Shown here in pieces: positions 23,531 through 37,416 of a stretch of DNA of 64,000 nucleotides; position 1 is the first letter of the stretch; every line of letters starts with the position of its first letter. Position numbers and translations under genes: made by a program. The DNA comes from Heptranchias perlo (lineage: Eukaryota), in contig NC_090338.1 of the NCBI RefSeq assembly GCF_035084215.1, forward strand, positions 5,704,001-5,768,000. The letters are read 5' to 3'. The notes under the pieces are model-generated. The model did no database searches, had not been told where the DNA came from, and saw only the letters and a list, made by a program, of their open reading frames with translations.

Positions 23531-25849
23531 ATTGGCCTCTGCAGCCCTGTGTTGGAGAGGGGCTAAAAATAATAACCAGGGCTCCTGCTCCTCATCACGA
23601 CCACGTGACTGCTGCTGGAATGCAGGGGTGCTCGGCCATCAGGTGAGGAGGGGGAAATCTGGCTCGGCCGCGACGCCTCCCACAGTCGAATAAGCTAACG
23701 ACGCTCACTCTCTAGGTTCACCCAGGAGGCATGGCTTCTTAGGTGAGGCATCAGAAAACATGCCAGCGTCCATGGAACCATATCCCAGCAAGAGTTACCA
23801 CTCTGAGGAGAGGGAAAAAGACATCTCGCTGTATGTAGACGTAAACTGCTAAAATTAAATAAGATCTCTTTGCGTTGATTAATTATTGAGGTCAAGGCCC
23901 AAGGCCCAAATTGTGTGACAACCACCAAGACTGAGAAAAAACAGGGAAGTAGATGAAGGAAATTAAGGAGTAATAGTCAGGTGATGCCAAGACTGCGTTT
24001 TAAAGCTCATAGATTAGGTGTCAGCTGTGGGTAGTGATATCACTCTCACCTCTGAGTCAGGAGGCTGTGGGTTCAGGTCCCACTCCAGAGACTTGAGCAT
24101 AAAATCCAGGCCGACACTCCACTGCAGTACTGAGGGAGTGCCGCACTGTCGGAGGTGCCGTCTTTCAGTTGAGATGTTAAACCGAGGGCCCCGTCTGCCC
24201 TCTCAGGTGGACGTCAAAGATCCCGTGGCCACTATTTCGAAAAAGAGAAGGGGAGTTCTCCCCGGTGGTCCTGGCCAATATTTGTCCCTCGACAACACTA
24301 AAACAGATTATCTGGTCATTATCTCATTGCTGTTTGTGGGATCTTGCTGTGTACAAATTAGCTGCTACTTCAAAAAGTAGTTCCTTAGCTGTAAAGCTCT
24401 TTGGGACGTCCTGAAGTCGTGACAGGCGCTATATAAATGCAAGTTCTTTCTTTAGATTGTAGGAGGAAGGGAAGGAGTGCCACCATTTTGAATTCCAGGG
24501 AAAGAATGAGTCAGAATTGGAACAAATGTTCCATAAAGCGAAGATGGTGAAGTCGAATAAACCGAAAGTATCAGAAAGGGGTTGAAAGAAAGTTGAGATA
24601 AAGTGCAGGAGAGTGGATACAGGAATGGGACATTCCATGGTGGGGGAGGCTAAAAAATGGATGTGGACCATCCCAGAATATTGGAACGTCCTTGTGGGGG
24701 GGGCATATCGGTGTCCATGAGAGGAGACGGAGATACTAGATCAGGAAGACTCACCAAGTCAACTATCGACATTTAACTAGAATTCTACAGCACAGAAGGA
24801 GGCCATTCAGCCCATTGCCCCCCACCCCGTGCCATCTCTCCTAAAGCGTTATCCATTTAGTCACATTCCCCTGCCCTCACCCCATAGCTTTTTGATAGGG
24901 TAGATACAGAGAAACTATTTCCTCTGGTGGGGGAATCAAGGACGAGGGGACACAATCTTAAAATTAGACCCAGGATATTCCGGAGCGAAAGCCTTCTCGA
25001 GGGCAATTAGGGATGGGCAATAAATGCTGTCCTTCCCAGCGACGCCCACATCCCATGAACGAATAAATTTTTAAAAAATCAGAAAGCACTTTTTCACACA
25101 AAGGGGAGTGGAAATCTGGAACTCTCTCCCCCGAAGGCTGCGGATGCTGGGGATCAGTTGGAAGCTCTCGGGGCTGAGATCGATCGATTTTTGTTGGGTG
25201 AGGGTATCGAGGGATATGGAGCAAAGGCGGGTAAATGGAGTTGAGGGACAGAACAGCCATGATCTGACTGAATGATGGAGCAGGCTCGAGGGGCTGAATG
25301 GCCTCCTCCTGTTCGTGTTGTTCTTTTTCAAGTATTCATCCACTTTCCCTTTAAAAGCTGTTGTTGATTCTGCCTCTCCCACTGTTTCTGATCAGGCAGT
25401 CCATGTCTTAACAACCCACCGTGTAAAAAAATTCTGTTAACCACTTTCTTTGTTCTTTTGGTAATGATCCTCTAGATACCCACTCACTGACCAGTGGAAA
25501 TAGTTTTTCCCAATTTACCTTATCAAAGCCCTCCCTTATTTTGAACATCTCTATCAGGTTTCTTCTTAACCTTCTCTCTTCTAATGAAATGAGCCCCGAT
25601 ATCTCTGGTCCCTCCTCATAACTAAAGACTCTCATTCCCATATCTCCTGCCCGGCTCCCACCTTGCACCCTCTCTAAACCTGAGCTCATCCAAAACCCTG
25701 CTGCCCGTGTCCTAACTCACACCAAGTCCCGTTCACCCGTCACCCCTGTGCTCGCTGACCTACATTAGCTCCCGACCCAGGAACACCTCCATTTTAAAAT
25801 TCTCATCCTTGTTTTCAAATCCCTCCATGGCCTCGCCCCTCCCCATCTT

Positions 25850-26710
25850 TTTTTTTATTCGTTCATGGGATGTGGGCGTCGCTGGCGAGGCCGGTATTTA
25901 TTGCCCATCCCTAATTGCCCTTGAGAAGGTGGTGGTGAGCCGCCTTCTTGAACCGCTGCAGTCCATGTGGTGAAGGTTCTCCCACAGTGCTGTTAGGAAG
26001 GGAGTTCCAGGATTTTGACCCAGCGATGATGAAGGAACGGCCGATATATTTCCAAGTCGGGATGGTGTGTGACTTGGAGGGGAACGTGCAGGTGGTGTTG
26101 TTCCCATGTGCCTGCTGCTCTTGTCCTTCTAGGTGGTAGAGGTCGCGGGTTTGGGAGGTGCTGTCGAAGAAACCTTGGCGAGTTGCTGCAGTGCATCCTG
26201 TGGATGGTACACACTGCAGCCACAGTGCGCCGGTGGTGAAGGGAGTGAATGTTTAGGGTGGTGGATGGGGTGCCAGTCAAGTGGGCTGCTTTGTCCTGGA
26301 TGGTGTCGAGCTTCTTGAGTGTTGTTGGAGCTGCACTCATCCAGGCAAGTGGAGAGTATTCCATCACACTCCTGACTTGTGCCTTGTAGATGGTGGAAAG
26401 GCTTTGGGGAGTCAGGAGGTGAGTCACTCGCCGCAGAATACCCAGCCTCTGACCTGCTCTTGTAGCCACAGTATTTATGTGGCTGGTCCAGTTAAGTTTT
26501 TGGTCAAAGGTGACCCCCCAGGATGTTGATGGTGGGGGATTTGGTGATGGTAATGCCGTTGAGTGTCAAGGGGAGGTGGTTAGACTCTTTCTTGTTGGAG
26601 ATGGTCATTGTCTGGCACTTGTCTGGTACGAATGTTACTTGCCACTTATCAGCCCAAGCCTGGATGTTGTCCAGGTCTTGCTGCATGCGGGCACGGACTG
26701 CTGCATTATC
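25850..26710 (-). mobile_element. LINE family B inserted in an L2 3' fragment (25680-27040, plus)
   Basis: The L2 text breaks at ...cctccccatct and resumes at ctctgtaacctcc; the family B poly(A) end is at ~25850. Confidence 0.85.
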
Positions 26711-29099
26711 TTGATTCTCTGTAACCTCCTCCTGCCCTACAACCCTCCGAGATCTCTGCGTTCCTCCAATTCTGGCCTCTTGCGCATCTCCAATTTTCAT
26801 CGCTCCACCATTGGCGGCCGTGCCTTCAGCTGCCTGGGCCCCAAGCTCTGGAATTCCCTCCCTGAACCTCTCCGCCTCTCTCTCCTCCTTTAAGACGCTC
26901 CTTAAAACTTACCTCTTGGTCACCTGTTCTAATATCTCCTTAGGTGGTTCGGTGTCAAATTTTGTTTGTTAATCGCTCCTGTGAAGCGCCTTGGGACGTT
27001 TTACTACGTTAAAGGCGCTATATAAATGCAAGCTGTTGTTGAATTCCTTCTGCACCCTCTCTGTTGCCTTGATGTTCCTCCTAAATAAAGCAGGGCACCC
27101 AAAACTAGATGTAATATGCTAACTGCAGCCTAATCAGTTGTAATATCCAGAGCTAAGGTGGCAAACTAGTGCCGATATTGAGACCAGTTGTCGTCAGTGT
27201 TGATTTACCAAGTGTCACATGACTCTCCAAAAAACGCAGCCTCAAGGAGCAACCTCTCCTTGACGACTGGTGACTCATGCACAGGTGGCCAACCAGGATT
27301 GCTCTTGATGATTTTATAGTCTCTACTTTCCTTCCTCTCCACCGCCACCCCCCCTTTCTCCGGCTATGATTGTGTAGTCAGCCTTGTTGTTTGCTCTTGA
27401 AGGAATTTGGAGCATTTCGAAATGCCCTTGAGAATTGAGATCGGGGAAACAATTAATGCTTCCTCAGCCATTGCCAGTCTCCGACACCCCTTCACCATTG
27501 GCGGGCCTCCGTTTGGCCAACGGGGCAGCGTGGGGGAGGTGGGGGCGCAACTCAAAATTTGCCTGACTTGGAAGGAAGGTCCGAACTGGGAACTGGGGGA
27601 GCGTCGACTTTCCTTGAATGGCGGAACAGGCTCGAGGGGCTGAATGTCCTCCTCCTGTTCCTGTGTTTTTATGAACTAACTAATTATTCAACTAAAACAC
27701 AGGTTGACACAATAAATAATATGTTTTAAACACTTTACCCACTCTTGCCAAAGTTTTCCTTCTACCTGATTGTGGTTCCTTTCTATCAAATATTCTCAGG
27801 TCGTTAAATTCCTCAGCTGGTGAGTCCAGTGGATCTATTGGGATCTCACACACTCCGACATCTACCCATCATTTGGGGGTCGGAGGAGGGACGGGGAAAG
27901 GGGGAGGATTGCCCTGGCCAACCCCTGTGTAAGGGGGCAGATGAAGAATTTTTTTTCTTTTAAAGTTATTTGACCCTGAGCTGAGGTTCCGACCCCACAA
28001 TCCTCTCCGTCACCAACACCGCCTGGTCCAAAGCCCGAGCTGGAAACCATACAGATTCCCAGGCCGATTTCTGGAGACCAAAGACGGCAGGGGAGGGGTG
28101 GGGGGATGGGGTGACATGGAGGCAGTTCCGACTCATTATGATTGGGGGATGTCATGCCCTCCCTTTCCCGAACCCCCGCCTCGGCCACTGCCCCTCACCC
28201 CTCTCCGCAACTCAAACAGTCTGCCACCGCTCACTGCCTGATCCCACTCCGTAAACAATGGGCGTGAGGACGTGGTGCTCCGTGGCTGGTTTTTACCCGG
28301 GGGATCACTGCTATGGGACGCTCCGGAGCAGAGGGTCCAGAATTAGAAGGGAGGCAAAAACAAAAAAAAAACCTCCAGTGGAAATTGAAAGAAAAAACCA
28401 CGAGCCTGGACTATCCACTGTAGCGGGACTGTGACACTTGTCTCCAACATGAGGGAAGTTCCATCTGTCACAGAGATAACACCCCTCACCTCGGCCGATC
28501 TTACGGCTACAGGGCAACTGGTAACCTTCAGGCAGTCTCTGCCCTGGAGACCCCGGGAATGGGGGGTGCGGGCGGGGGGTGTGAGAGTGACTGGAGGAGG
28601 CAGAGGAGACCCAGCCCAGTGTAATGTCACCACAGGTCACTGGGTAGATGGTATCAATCCCATAAATAACCCATGGGCTTTTGGATGTTTCCCAATGAGA
28701 AAGAAGGAGGAACTTGCTTTTATATGGCACCTTTCACATCATCAGGACTGTCCCAAAGCACTTCACAGCCAACGAGTTACTTTTTTGAAGTGCAGCAGCC
28801 AATTTGCGCACAGCAAGATCCCGCAAATAATACTGAGATAAATGACCAGATAATCTGTTTTTTAATGATGTTGGCTGAGGGATAAATATTGGCCTCATGA
28901 CACTGGGGACAACTCTCCTGCTCGTCTTCATCGGATCCCTTACATCCACCTGAGAGGGCAGACAAGGCCTCGGTTTAACGTTTCCTCCGAAAGACGGCAC
29001 CTCCGACCGTGCAGCACTCCCTCAGTACAGGCACTGGGAGTGTCAGCTTGGATTATGGGCTCAAGTTTCTGGAGTGGGACTTGAACTCATGACCTGCTG

Positions 29100-31770
29100 T
29101 GTAATGTGTAACCTGATTAAATTTTTTTGAAGAGGTGACTAAAGTAATGGACAGGGGAATGTCTATGGATGTTGTTTATATGGACTTCCAGAAAGCATTC
29201 GATAAAGTTCCTCATAAGAGACTGTTAGCTAAAGTTGAAGCTCATGGAATTGAGGGCAAATTATTGACCTGGTTAAGAAATTGGCTGAACGACAGGAGAC
29301 AGAGAGTGGGGATAATGGGCAGGTACTCAAATTGGCAGGATGTGACTAGTGGAGTCCCACAGAGATCTGTGTCGGGGCCTCAACCATTCACTGTATTTAT
29401 TAATGACTTAGATGACGGGATAGAGAGCCACATATCCAAGTTTGCCAATGACACAAAGATAGGCAGCATTGTAAGCAGTGTAGATGGAAGCATAAAATCA
29501 CAGCGAGATATTAATAGATTAAGTCAATGGGCAAAATTGAGGCAGATGGATTTCGACGTAGGCATGTGTGAGGTCATCCACTTTGGACCTAAAAAGGATA
29601 GATCAGTGTACTTTCTAAATCATAGAATCATAGAATCATAGAAAGGTTACAGCACGGAAGGAGGCCATTCGGCCCACCGAGTCTGCTCTGGCTCGATGCA
29701 AGAGCAATCCAGCTAGTCCCACTCGCCCGCCCTATCCCCATAGCCCTGCAAATTTTTTTCCTTTCAAGTGCTTATCCAGTTCCCTTTTGAAGGCCAGATT
29801 GAATCTGCCTCCACCATCCCCTCAGGCAGTGCATTCCAGATCCTAATCACTCACTGTATAAAAAAGTTTCTCCCCATGTCACCTTTGGTTCTTTTGCCAA
29901 TCACCTTAAATCTATGCTTTTTTTTTGTTTTTTTTAATTCGTTCATGGGATGTGGGCGTCGCTGGCGAGGCCGGCATTTATTGCCCATCCCTAATTGCCC
30001 TTGAGAAGGTGGTGGTGAGCCGCCTTCTTGAACCGCTGCAGTCCGTGTGGTGAAGGAAGGGAGTTCCAGGATTTTGACCCAGCGACGATAAAGGAACAGC
30101 GATATATTTCCAAGTCGGGATGGTGTGTGACTTGGAGGGGAACGTGCAGGTGGTGTTGTTCCCGTGTACCTGCTGCTCTTGTCCTTCTAGGTGGTAGTGG
30201 TCGCGGGTTTGGGAGGTGCTGTCGAAGAAGCCTTGGCGAGTTGCTGCAGTGCATCCTGTGGATGGTACACACTGCAGCCACTGTGCGCCGGTGGTGAAGG
30301 GAGAGAATGTTTAGGGTGGTGGATGGGGTGCCAATCAAGCAGGCTGCTTTGTCCTGGATGGTGTCGAGCTTCTTGAGTGTTGTTGGAGCTGAACTCAGCA
30401 AGTGGAGAGTATTCCATCACACTCCTGACTTGTGCCTTGTAGATGGTGGAAAGGCTTTGGGGAGTCAGGAGGTGTGTCACTCGCCGCAGAATACCCAGCC
30501 TCTGACCTGCTCTTATAGCCACAGTATTTATGTGCTGGTCCAGTTAAGTTTCTGGTCAATGGTGACCCCCAGGATGTTGATGGTGGGGGATTCGGCGATG
30601 GTAATGCCATTGAATGTCAAGGGGAGGTGGTTAGACTCTCTCTTGTTGGAGATGGTCATTGCCTGGTACTTGTCTGGCGCGAATGTTACTTGCCACTTAT
30701 TATCCCAAGCCTAGATGTTGTCCAGGTCTTGCTGCATGTGGGTTCTTGACCGTTCCGCCAATGAGAACAGTTTCTCTCTATCTACTCTGCCTAGACCTTT
30801 CATGATTTTGAACACCTCTATTAAATCTCCTCGCAACCTTCTCTGTTCCAAGGACAACAACCCCAGCTTCTCCAGTCTATCCACGTAACTAAAGTCCCTC
30901 ATCCCTGGAACCATTCTAGTAAATCTCTTCTGCACCCTCTCTAAGGCCTTTACATCTTAACTGAAGTGCCCAGAACTGGACACAATACTCCAGTTGTGGA
31001 CGAACCAGCATTTTATAAAGGTTCATCAAAATGGTGAAAAGCTCGAAACAGTGGAGGTCCAAAAAGACTTCGGGGTCCATGTACATAGATCATTAAAATG
31101 TCATGGACAGATGCAGAAAATAAACAGAAAGGCTAATGGAATGCTGGCCTTTATATCTAGAGGACTAGAGTACAAGGGGGTAGAAATTATGCTGCAGCTA
31201 TACAAAACCCTGGTTAGACCGCACCTGTGTTCAGTTCCTGGCACCGTACCTTAGGAAGGATATATTGGCTCTAGAGAGAGTGCAGCGTAGATTTACTAGA
31301 ATGATACTTGGACTCCAAGGATTAAATTACGAGGAGCGATTACACAAATTAGGGTTGTATTCCCTGGAATTTAGAAGATTAAGGGGTGATTTGATTGAAG
31401 TTTTCAAGATATTAAGGGGAACTGATAGGGTCGATAGAGAGAAACTATTTCTGCTGGTTGGGGAGTCTAGGAGTAGGGGAACATAGCCTAAAAATTAGAG
31501 CCAAGACTTTCAGGAGTGAAGTTGGGAAACATTTCTACACACAAAGGGTGGTGGAAGTTTGGAATTCTCTTCCGCAAACGGCAGTTGATGCTAGCTCAAT
31601 TGTTAATTTTAAATCTGAGATCGATAGGTTTTTGTTAGCCAAAGGTATTAAGGGATATGGGGCTAAGGCGGGTATATGGGGTTAGGTCACAGATCAGCCA
31701 TGATCTCATTGAATGGCGGAACAGGTTCGAGGGGCTGAATGGCCTCCTCCTGTTCCTATGTTCCTATGTA
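29100..31770. mobile_element. Triple-nested LINEs: CR1(+) containing CR1(-) containing family B(-)
   Basis: Outer CR1 RT 29100-29620 resumes at ~31028; inner CR1 at 29621-29915 and 30741-31027; family B at 29918-30740. Confidence 0.82.
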
Positions 31771-33354
31771 CCAGCTGCTCCTGAATAATAGCAGACATTG
31801 GTCCTGATTTACTGTGTGCCACATGACTCTACGAAACACAATCTCAGAAAGAGACTTTCCCTGACAACTGGTGAGTCATTGAACGGCCAATTGGAGTTCT
31901 CCTGAAATGTTCCCTGTCTTGACTTTCTGTCCTCACTGGCGGTTTCACTCACAGCGGATGTGAAACTGTTCAAACCACATTCAGAAACAAGTCTGGCCCT
32001 GTGCCAACATCTGTCTCTGGGTTTATCCCTAATGTTCACTGCCTGTTGAAATGAAAAACAATGTGGGATCAAAATCAGTGGTTTATAGGAATAGGAACAT
32101 AGGAACAGGAGGAGGCCATTCAGCCCCTCGAACCTGTCCCAACATTGAATGAGATCATAGCTGATCTGTATCTTAACTCCATCTACCCGCCTTGGTTCCG
32201 TGACCCTTAATCCCCTTACCCAGCAAAAATCTATCAATCTCAGTTTTGAAATTTCCAATTGACCCCCAGCCTCAACAGCTTTTTGGGGGAGAGAGTTCCA
32301 GATTTCCACTCCCCTTTGTGTGAAGAAGTGTTTCCTGACATCACCTCTGAACGGCCTGGCTCTAATTTTAAGGTTATGCCCCCTTGTTCTGGACTCCCCC
32401 CACCAGAGGAAATAGTTTCTCTCTATCCACCCTATCAAATCCTTTAATCACCTTAAACTCAATTAGATCACCCCTTAATCTTCTATACTCGAGGGAATAC
32501 AAGCCTTAGTGCAGGATAACACCGCCCAGCATGTGATGGAACTGTACAGAAGTCCCATCTTTGTTGTCAGCCATGGCTCAGTGGGTAGCACACTTACCTC
32601 TGACTCAGAAGGTTGAGGGTTCTAAACCCCACTCCAGAGACCTGAGCACTAAATCTAGGCTGATACTTGGAGTGCTGCACTGTCTGAGGTGCCGTCTTTT
32701 GGATGAGACGTTAAACTGAGGCGGTCCTCTCAGTTGGACGTAAAAGAGCCCATGGCCGCTATTTCGAAGAAGAGCAGGGGAGTTCTCCCTGGTGTCCTGG
32801 ACCAATATTTATCCCTTAAACCAACATCAATAAAAACAGATTATCTGGTTGTTATCTCATTGCTGATTGTGGGATCTTGCTGTGCGCAAATTGGCTGCCG
32901 CATTTCCTACATTACAACAGTGACTACACTTCAGAAAAGTACTTCATTGGCTGTAAAGCGTCTTAGGACGTCCTGAGGTCGTGAAAGACACCATAGAAAT
33001 CCAAGTCTTTCCTTTTGGTCCCTGGTCTGTGTTGAGTTGGGTGATCCAAACCATGGCAGACCTGGGGTGCTACTATTGGCCTCTCTGCCCCCTGAAGCCA
33101 GAGAAATTTAGCCGGGACTCCTACTTATGATCACCATTTGGGTGGTAATGGGACGCATTTGTCTCCGCTATCAACCACCACGGTTGAATAGCTTACCGTC
33201 ATCATTCAACGTCACAATTGGCCTCGAGGCCGCGGAGGAAGGGGTTAGGAAAATCAGCCAAGATCCCGGGATGTCCCCCATCGCCATCGAGTGGCTTCTG
33301 CCAGAGGGGAATTGGGCTCGGGGGCAAATAGCTCGGCAGGTCTCACTCTCTCCT

Positions 33355-36300
33355 CACCCTGCACTCATATGGAGTTCAAGAGTGATGTAGTTAAGTCCGA
33401 AACTAGTGTCTTAAATTTAAACAAAGCCAATTATGGAGGTATGAGGAGCGAGTTGGCTGAGGTAGATTGGGAACCTAGATTAAAAGATATGACGGCAGAT
33501 AAGCAATGACAAACATTTAAAGAAATAATTCATAATTCTCAACGAATTCCCTTGTGGAATAAAATCTCCACAGGAAATGTGATCCTACTGTGACTAACTA
33601 GCGAAGTTAAGGATAGTATTAGATTAAAAGAAGAGGCTTACAATGTTGCCAAAAAGAGTAGTGAGTCTGAGGATTGGGAGGGTTTTAGAAATCAGCAAAG
33701 GATGACCAAGAAATTGATAGAGGGAGAAGATTGAATATGAGAGTAAACTAGCAAGAAATATAAATACAGATTGTAAGAGCTTCTACAAATATATAAAAAG
33801 GAAGAGAACAGCGAAAGTAAACATGGGCCCCTTAGAGGCAGAAACAGGAGAAATTATAATGAGGAATACGGAAATGGTACAGACATTTAACAAATATTTT
33901 CTATCTGTCTTCACAGTAGAAGACACAAAAAGCATTCCGCAAATAATGGGAAACAAGGGTGTAATGAGAGTGAGGAACTTAAAGTAATTAATGGGACCAA
34001 TCCGGCCAATTACCGCCCCATCAGACTACTCTCAATCATCAGCAAAGTGATGGAAGGTGTCGTCGACAGTGCTATCAAGCGGCAATTACTCACCAATAAC
34101 CTGCTCACCAATGCTCAGTTTGGGTTCCGCCAGTGCTACTCAGCTCCAGACCTCATTACAGCCTTGGTCGAAACATGGACAAAAGAGCTGAATTCCAGAG
34201 GTGAGGTGAGAGTGACTGCCCTTGACGTCAAGGCAGCATTTGACCGAGTGTGGCATCAAGGAGCCAGAGTAAAATTGAAGTCAATGGGAATCAGGGGGAA
34301 AAATCTCCAGTGGCTGGAGTCATACCTAGCACAAAGGAAGATGGTAGTGGTTGTTGGAGGCCAATCATCTCAGCCCCAGGACATTGCTGCAGGAGTTCCT
34401 CAGGGCAGTGTCCTAGGCCCAACCATCTTCAGCTGCTTCATCAACGACCTTCCCTCCATCATAAGGTCAGAAATAGGGATGTTCGCTGATGATTGCACAA
34501 TGTTCAGTTCCATTCGCAACCCCTCAAAATATGAAGCAGTCCGAGCCCGCATGCAGCAAGACCTGGACAACATTCAGGCTTGGGCTGTTAAGTGGCAAGT
34601 AACATTCGTGCCAGATAAGTGCCAGGCAATGACCATCTCCAACAAGGGAGAGTCTAACCACCTCCCCTTGACATTCAACGGCATTACCATCGCCGAATCC
34701 CCCACCATCAACATCCTGGGGGCCACCATTGACCAGAAACTTAACTGGACCAGCCATATAAATACTGTGCCTACAAGAGCAGGTCAGAGGCTGGGTATTC
34801 TGCGGCGAGTGACTCACCTCCTGACTCCCCAAAGCCTTTACACCATCTACAAGGCACAAGTCAGGAGTGTGATGGAATACTCTCCACTTGCTTGGATGAG
34901 TGCAGCTCCAACAACACTCAAGAAGCTCGACACCATCCAGGACAAAGCAGCCCACTTGATTGGCACCCCATCCACCACCCTAAACATTCACTCCCTTCAC
35001 CACAGGTGCACTGTGGCTGCAGTGTGTACCATCCACAGGATGCACTGCAGCAACTCGCCAAGGCTTCTTCGACAGCACCTCCCAAACCCGCGACCTCTAC
35101 CTTCGAGAAGGACAAGAGCAGCAGGCACATGGGAACAACACCACCTGCACGTTCCCCTCCAAGTCACACACCATCCCGACTTGGAAATATATTGCTGTTC
35201 CTTCATCGTCGCTGGGTCAAAATCCTGGAACTCCCTTCCTAACAGCACTGTGGGAGAACCTTCACCACACCGCCTGCAGTGGTTCAAGAAGGCGGCTCAC
35301 CACCACCTTCTCAAGGGCAATTAGGGATGGGCAATAAATGCCGGCCTCGCCAGTGACGCCCACATCCCATGAACGAATAATTTTTTAAAAATCCCCTGGA
35401 CCTGATGGCCTACATTCTAGGGTTTTGAAAGAGGTGCCTGCAGAGACAGTGGATGCATTGGTTTTGATCTTCCAGAATTCCCTAGATTCTAGAATGGCCC
35501 TCGTGGATTGAAAGCTAGCAAATGTAACCTCGCTATTCAAGAAAGGAGGGAGAGAGAAAACAGCGAACTACAGACCAGTTGGCCTGACATCAATAGTAGG
35601 GAAAATGCTAGAATTTACTATTAAGGATGTAGTAACAGAGCACTTAGGAAATCATAATATGATTAGGCAGAGTCAACACAGTTTTATGAAAGGGAAATCG
35701 TGTTTGACAAATCTATTGGCGTTTTTGAGGATGTAACTTGTAAAGTAGATAAAGGAGAACCAGTGGATGTTGTATATTTGGATTTTCAAAAGGCATTTGA
35801 TAAGGTGCCACACAAGAGGTTGTTACCCAAGATTAGGGCTCATGGGATTGGGGGTAATATATTAGCATGGATAGAGGATTTGTTAATGGACAGAAAACAG
35901 AGAGTAGGAATAAACGGGTCATTCTCGGGTTGGCAGGCTGTAACTAGTGGGGTGCCGCAAGGATCAGTGCTTGGGCCTCAGCTATTTACAATCTATATTA
36001 ATGACTTAGATGAAGGGACCGAGTGTAATGTATCCAAATTTGCTGATGATACAAAGCTAGGTGGGAAAGTAAGTTGTGAGGAGGACACAGAGTCAGCAAA
36101 GGGATAAAGACAGGTTAAGTGAGTGGGTGAGAATGTGGCAGATCGAGTATAATGTGGGGAAATGTGAAATTATCTACTTTGGTAGGAAGAATAGAAAAGC
36201 AGAATATTTTATAAAAGGTGTGAGACTAAGAACTGTTGATAGTCAGAGGGATTTGGGTGTCCTTGTACATGAATCACAGAAAGTTAACATGCAGGTGCAG

Positions 36301-36955
36301 GAAGCAATTAGGAAGGCAAATGGTATATTAGCCTTTATTGCAAGGGGGTTGGAGTATAAGAGTAAGGAAGTCTTGCTGCAATTATATAGGGCTGTGGGTG
36401 AGACCTCATCTGGAGTACTGTGAACAGTTTTGGTCTCTTTACCTAAGGAAGGATATATTTGTCTTAGAGGGGCTGCAACGAAGGTTCACTAGATTAATTC
36501 CTGGGATGAGAGGATTGTCCTATGAGGAGAGATTGAGTAGAATGGGCCTATACTCTCTGGAGTTTAGAAGAATGAGAGGTGATCTCATTGAAAGGTATAA
36601 GATTATGAGGGGGCTTGACAGGGTAGATGCTGAGAGGTTGTTTCCTCTGGTGGGAGAGTCTAGAACTAGGGGGCATAGTCTCAGGATAAGAGGGTCGGCC
36701 ATTTAAGACTGAGATGAGGAAAAATTACTTCACTCAGGGTTGTGAATCTTTGGAATTCTCTACCCCAGAGGGCTGTGGATGCTGAGCCTTTGAGTATATT
36801 CAAGACTGAGATCGATAGATTTTTGGATTTTGGATACTAACAGAATCAAGGGATATGGGGATTGAGGGTCAAGATCAGCCATGATCTTGTTGAATGGCGG
36901 AGCAGCCTCGAGGGACCGTATGGCCTACTCCTGCTCCTATTTCTTATGTTCTTAT
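33355..36955 (+). mobile_element. Long degenerate CR1 ORF2 containing a family B insertion
   Basis: ORFs 35700-36706 ([20 protein letters not shown]) plus upstream CR1 sequence with stops. Confidence 0.88.
33993..35385 (+). mobile_element. LINE family B with an uninterrupted 425-aa RT ORF (34047-35324), 5'-truncated
   Basis: [27 protein letters not shown] and FADD motifs, open to the natural stop, followed by 3' UTR. Confidence 0.93.
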
Positions 36956-37232
36956 GTCACGGGTCGCACATGAAAAATGGCCCCTCGATCCGAGGTGGAG
37001 GTGGGTATTCGATATCCGTGGAATCGCCCCACAAACACGGAGTCAATGCCTGGAGACAAAGAAAGAATAACTTGTGTTTATATCCAAGTTTCACATCCTC
37101 AGGATGTCCCAGAGTGGTTTGCAATGAATGGTTTACTTTTTTCCAAGTGCGGTGCACTTTACACTTCAACTACTTTTTCAGAGTGATGATACATGAGTAA
37201 ACAAGCTGCAGAATGTGTTCGATCACCCTCCG

Positions 37233-37400
37233 TCACCTGATTCTACAAAAAACACAATCTCATCCAGAGACCTTTCCCCGGCAACTGATGATTCACACAA
37301 CAGCCAACCAGGGGTTCGTGTGTCCAGGATTTGGTGATGGTGCCATCTGGCCGCAGCCGGCAGCACTGCCGGTGGAGTCAGAACACACAGAAGCTGATTT
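37233..37400 (+). repeat. Representative of a five-copy unclassified repeat (others at ~27215-27302, 31819-31900, 41529-41710, 51827-52030)
   Basis: Shared core ctac(a)aaaacacaatctca...gagacctttcccyggcaactgrtgattca...gccaaccagg, all copies on the plus strand. Confidence 0.8.
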
Positions 37401-37416
37401 ATTTTCCAAGTGAAAA

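Noticed and set aside
32565-32640. tRNA-like A/B box sequence
   Set aside because: It is the head of a Deu-domain SINE and does not form a cloverleaf tRNA gene.
37183-37244. GTGATGA...CTGA C/D-box-like segment (also ~41479-41540) with 9-10 nt complementarity to 18S GUGACGGGG
   Set aside because: It is only ~58 nt, has a poor terminal stem, has no plus-strand host gene, and I know of no methylation at the predicted site. The second copy is explained by the segmental duplication.
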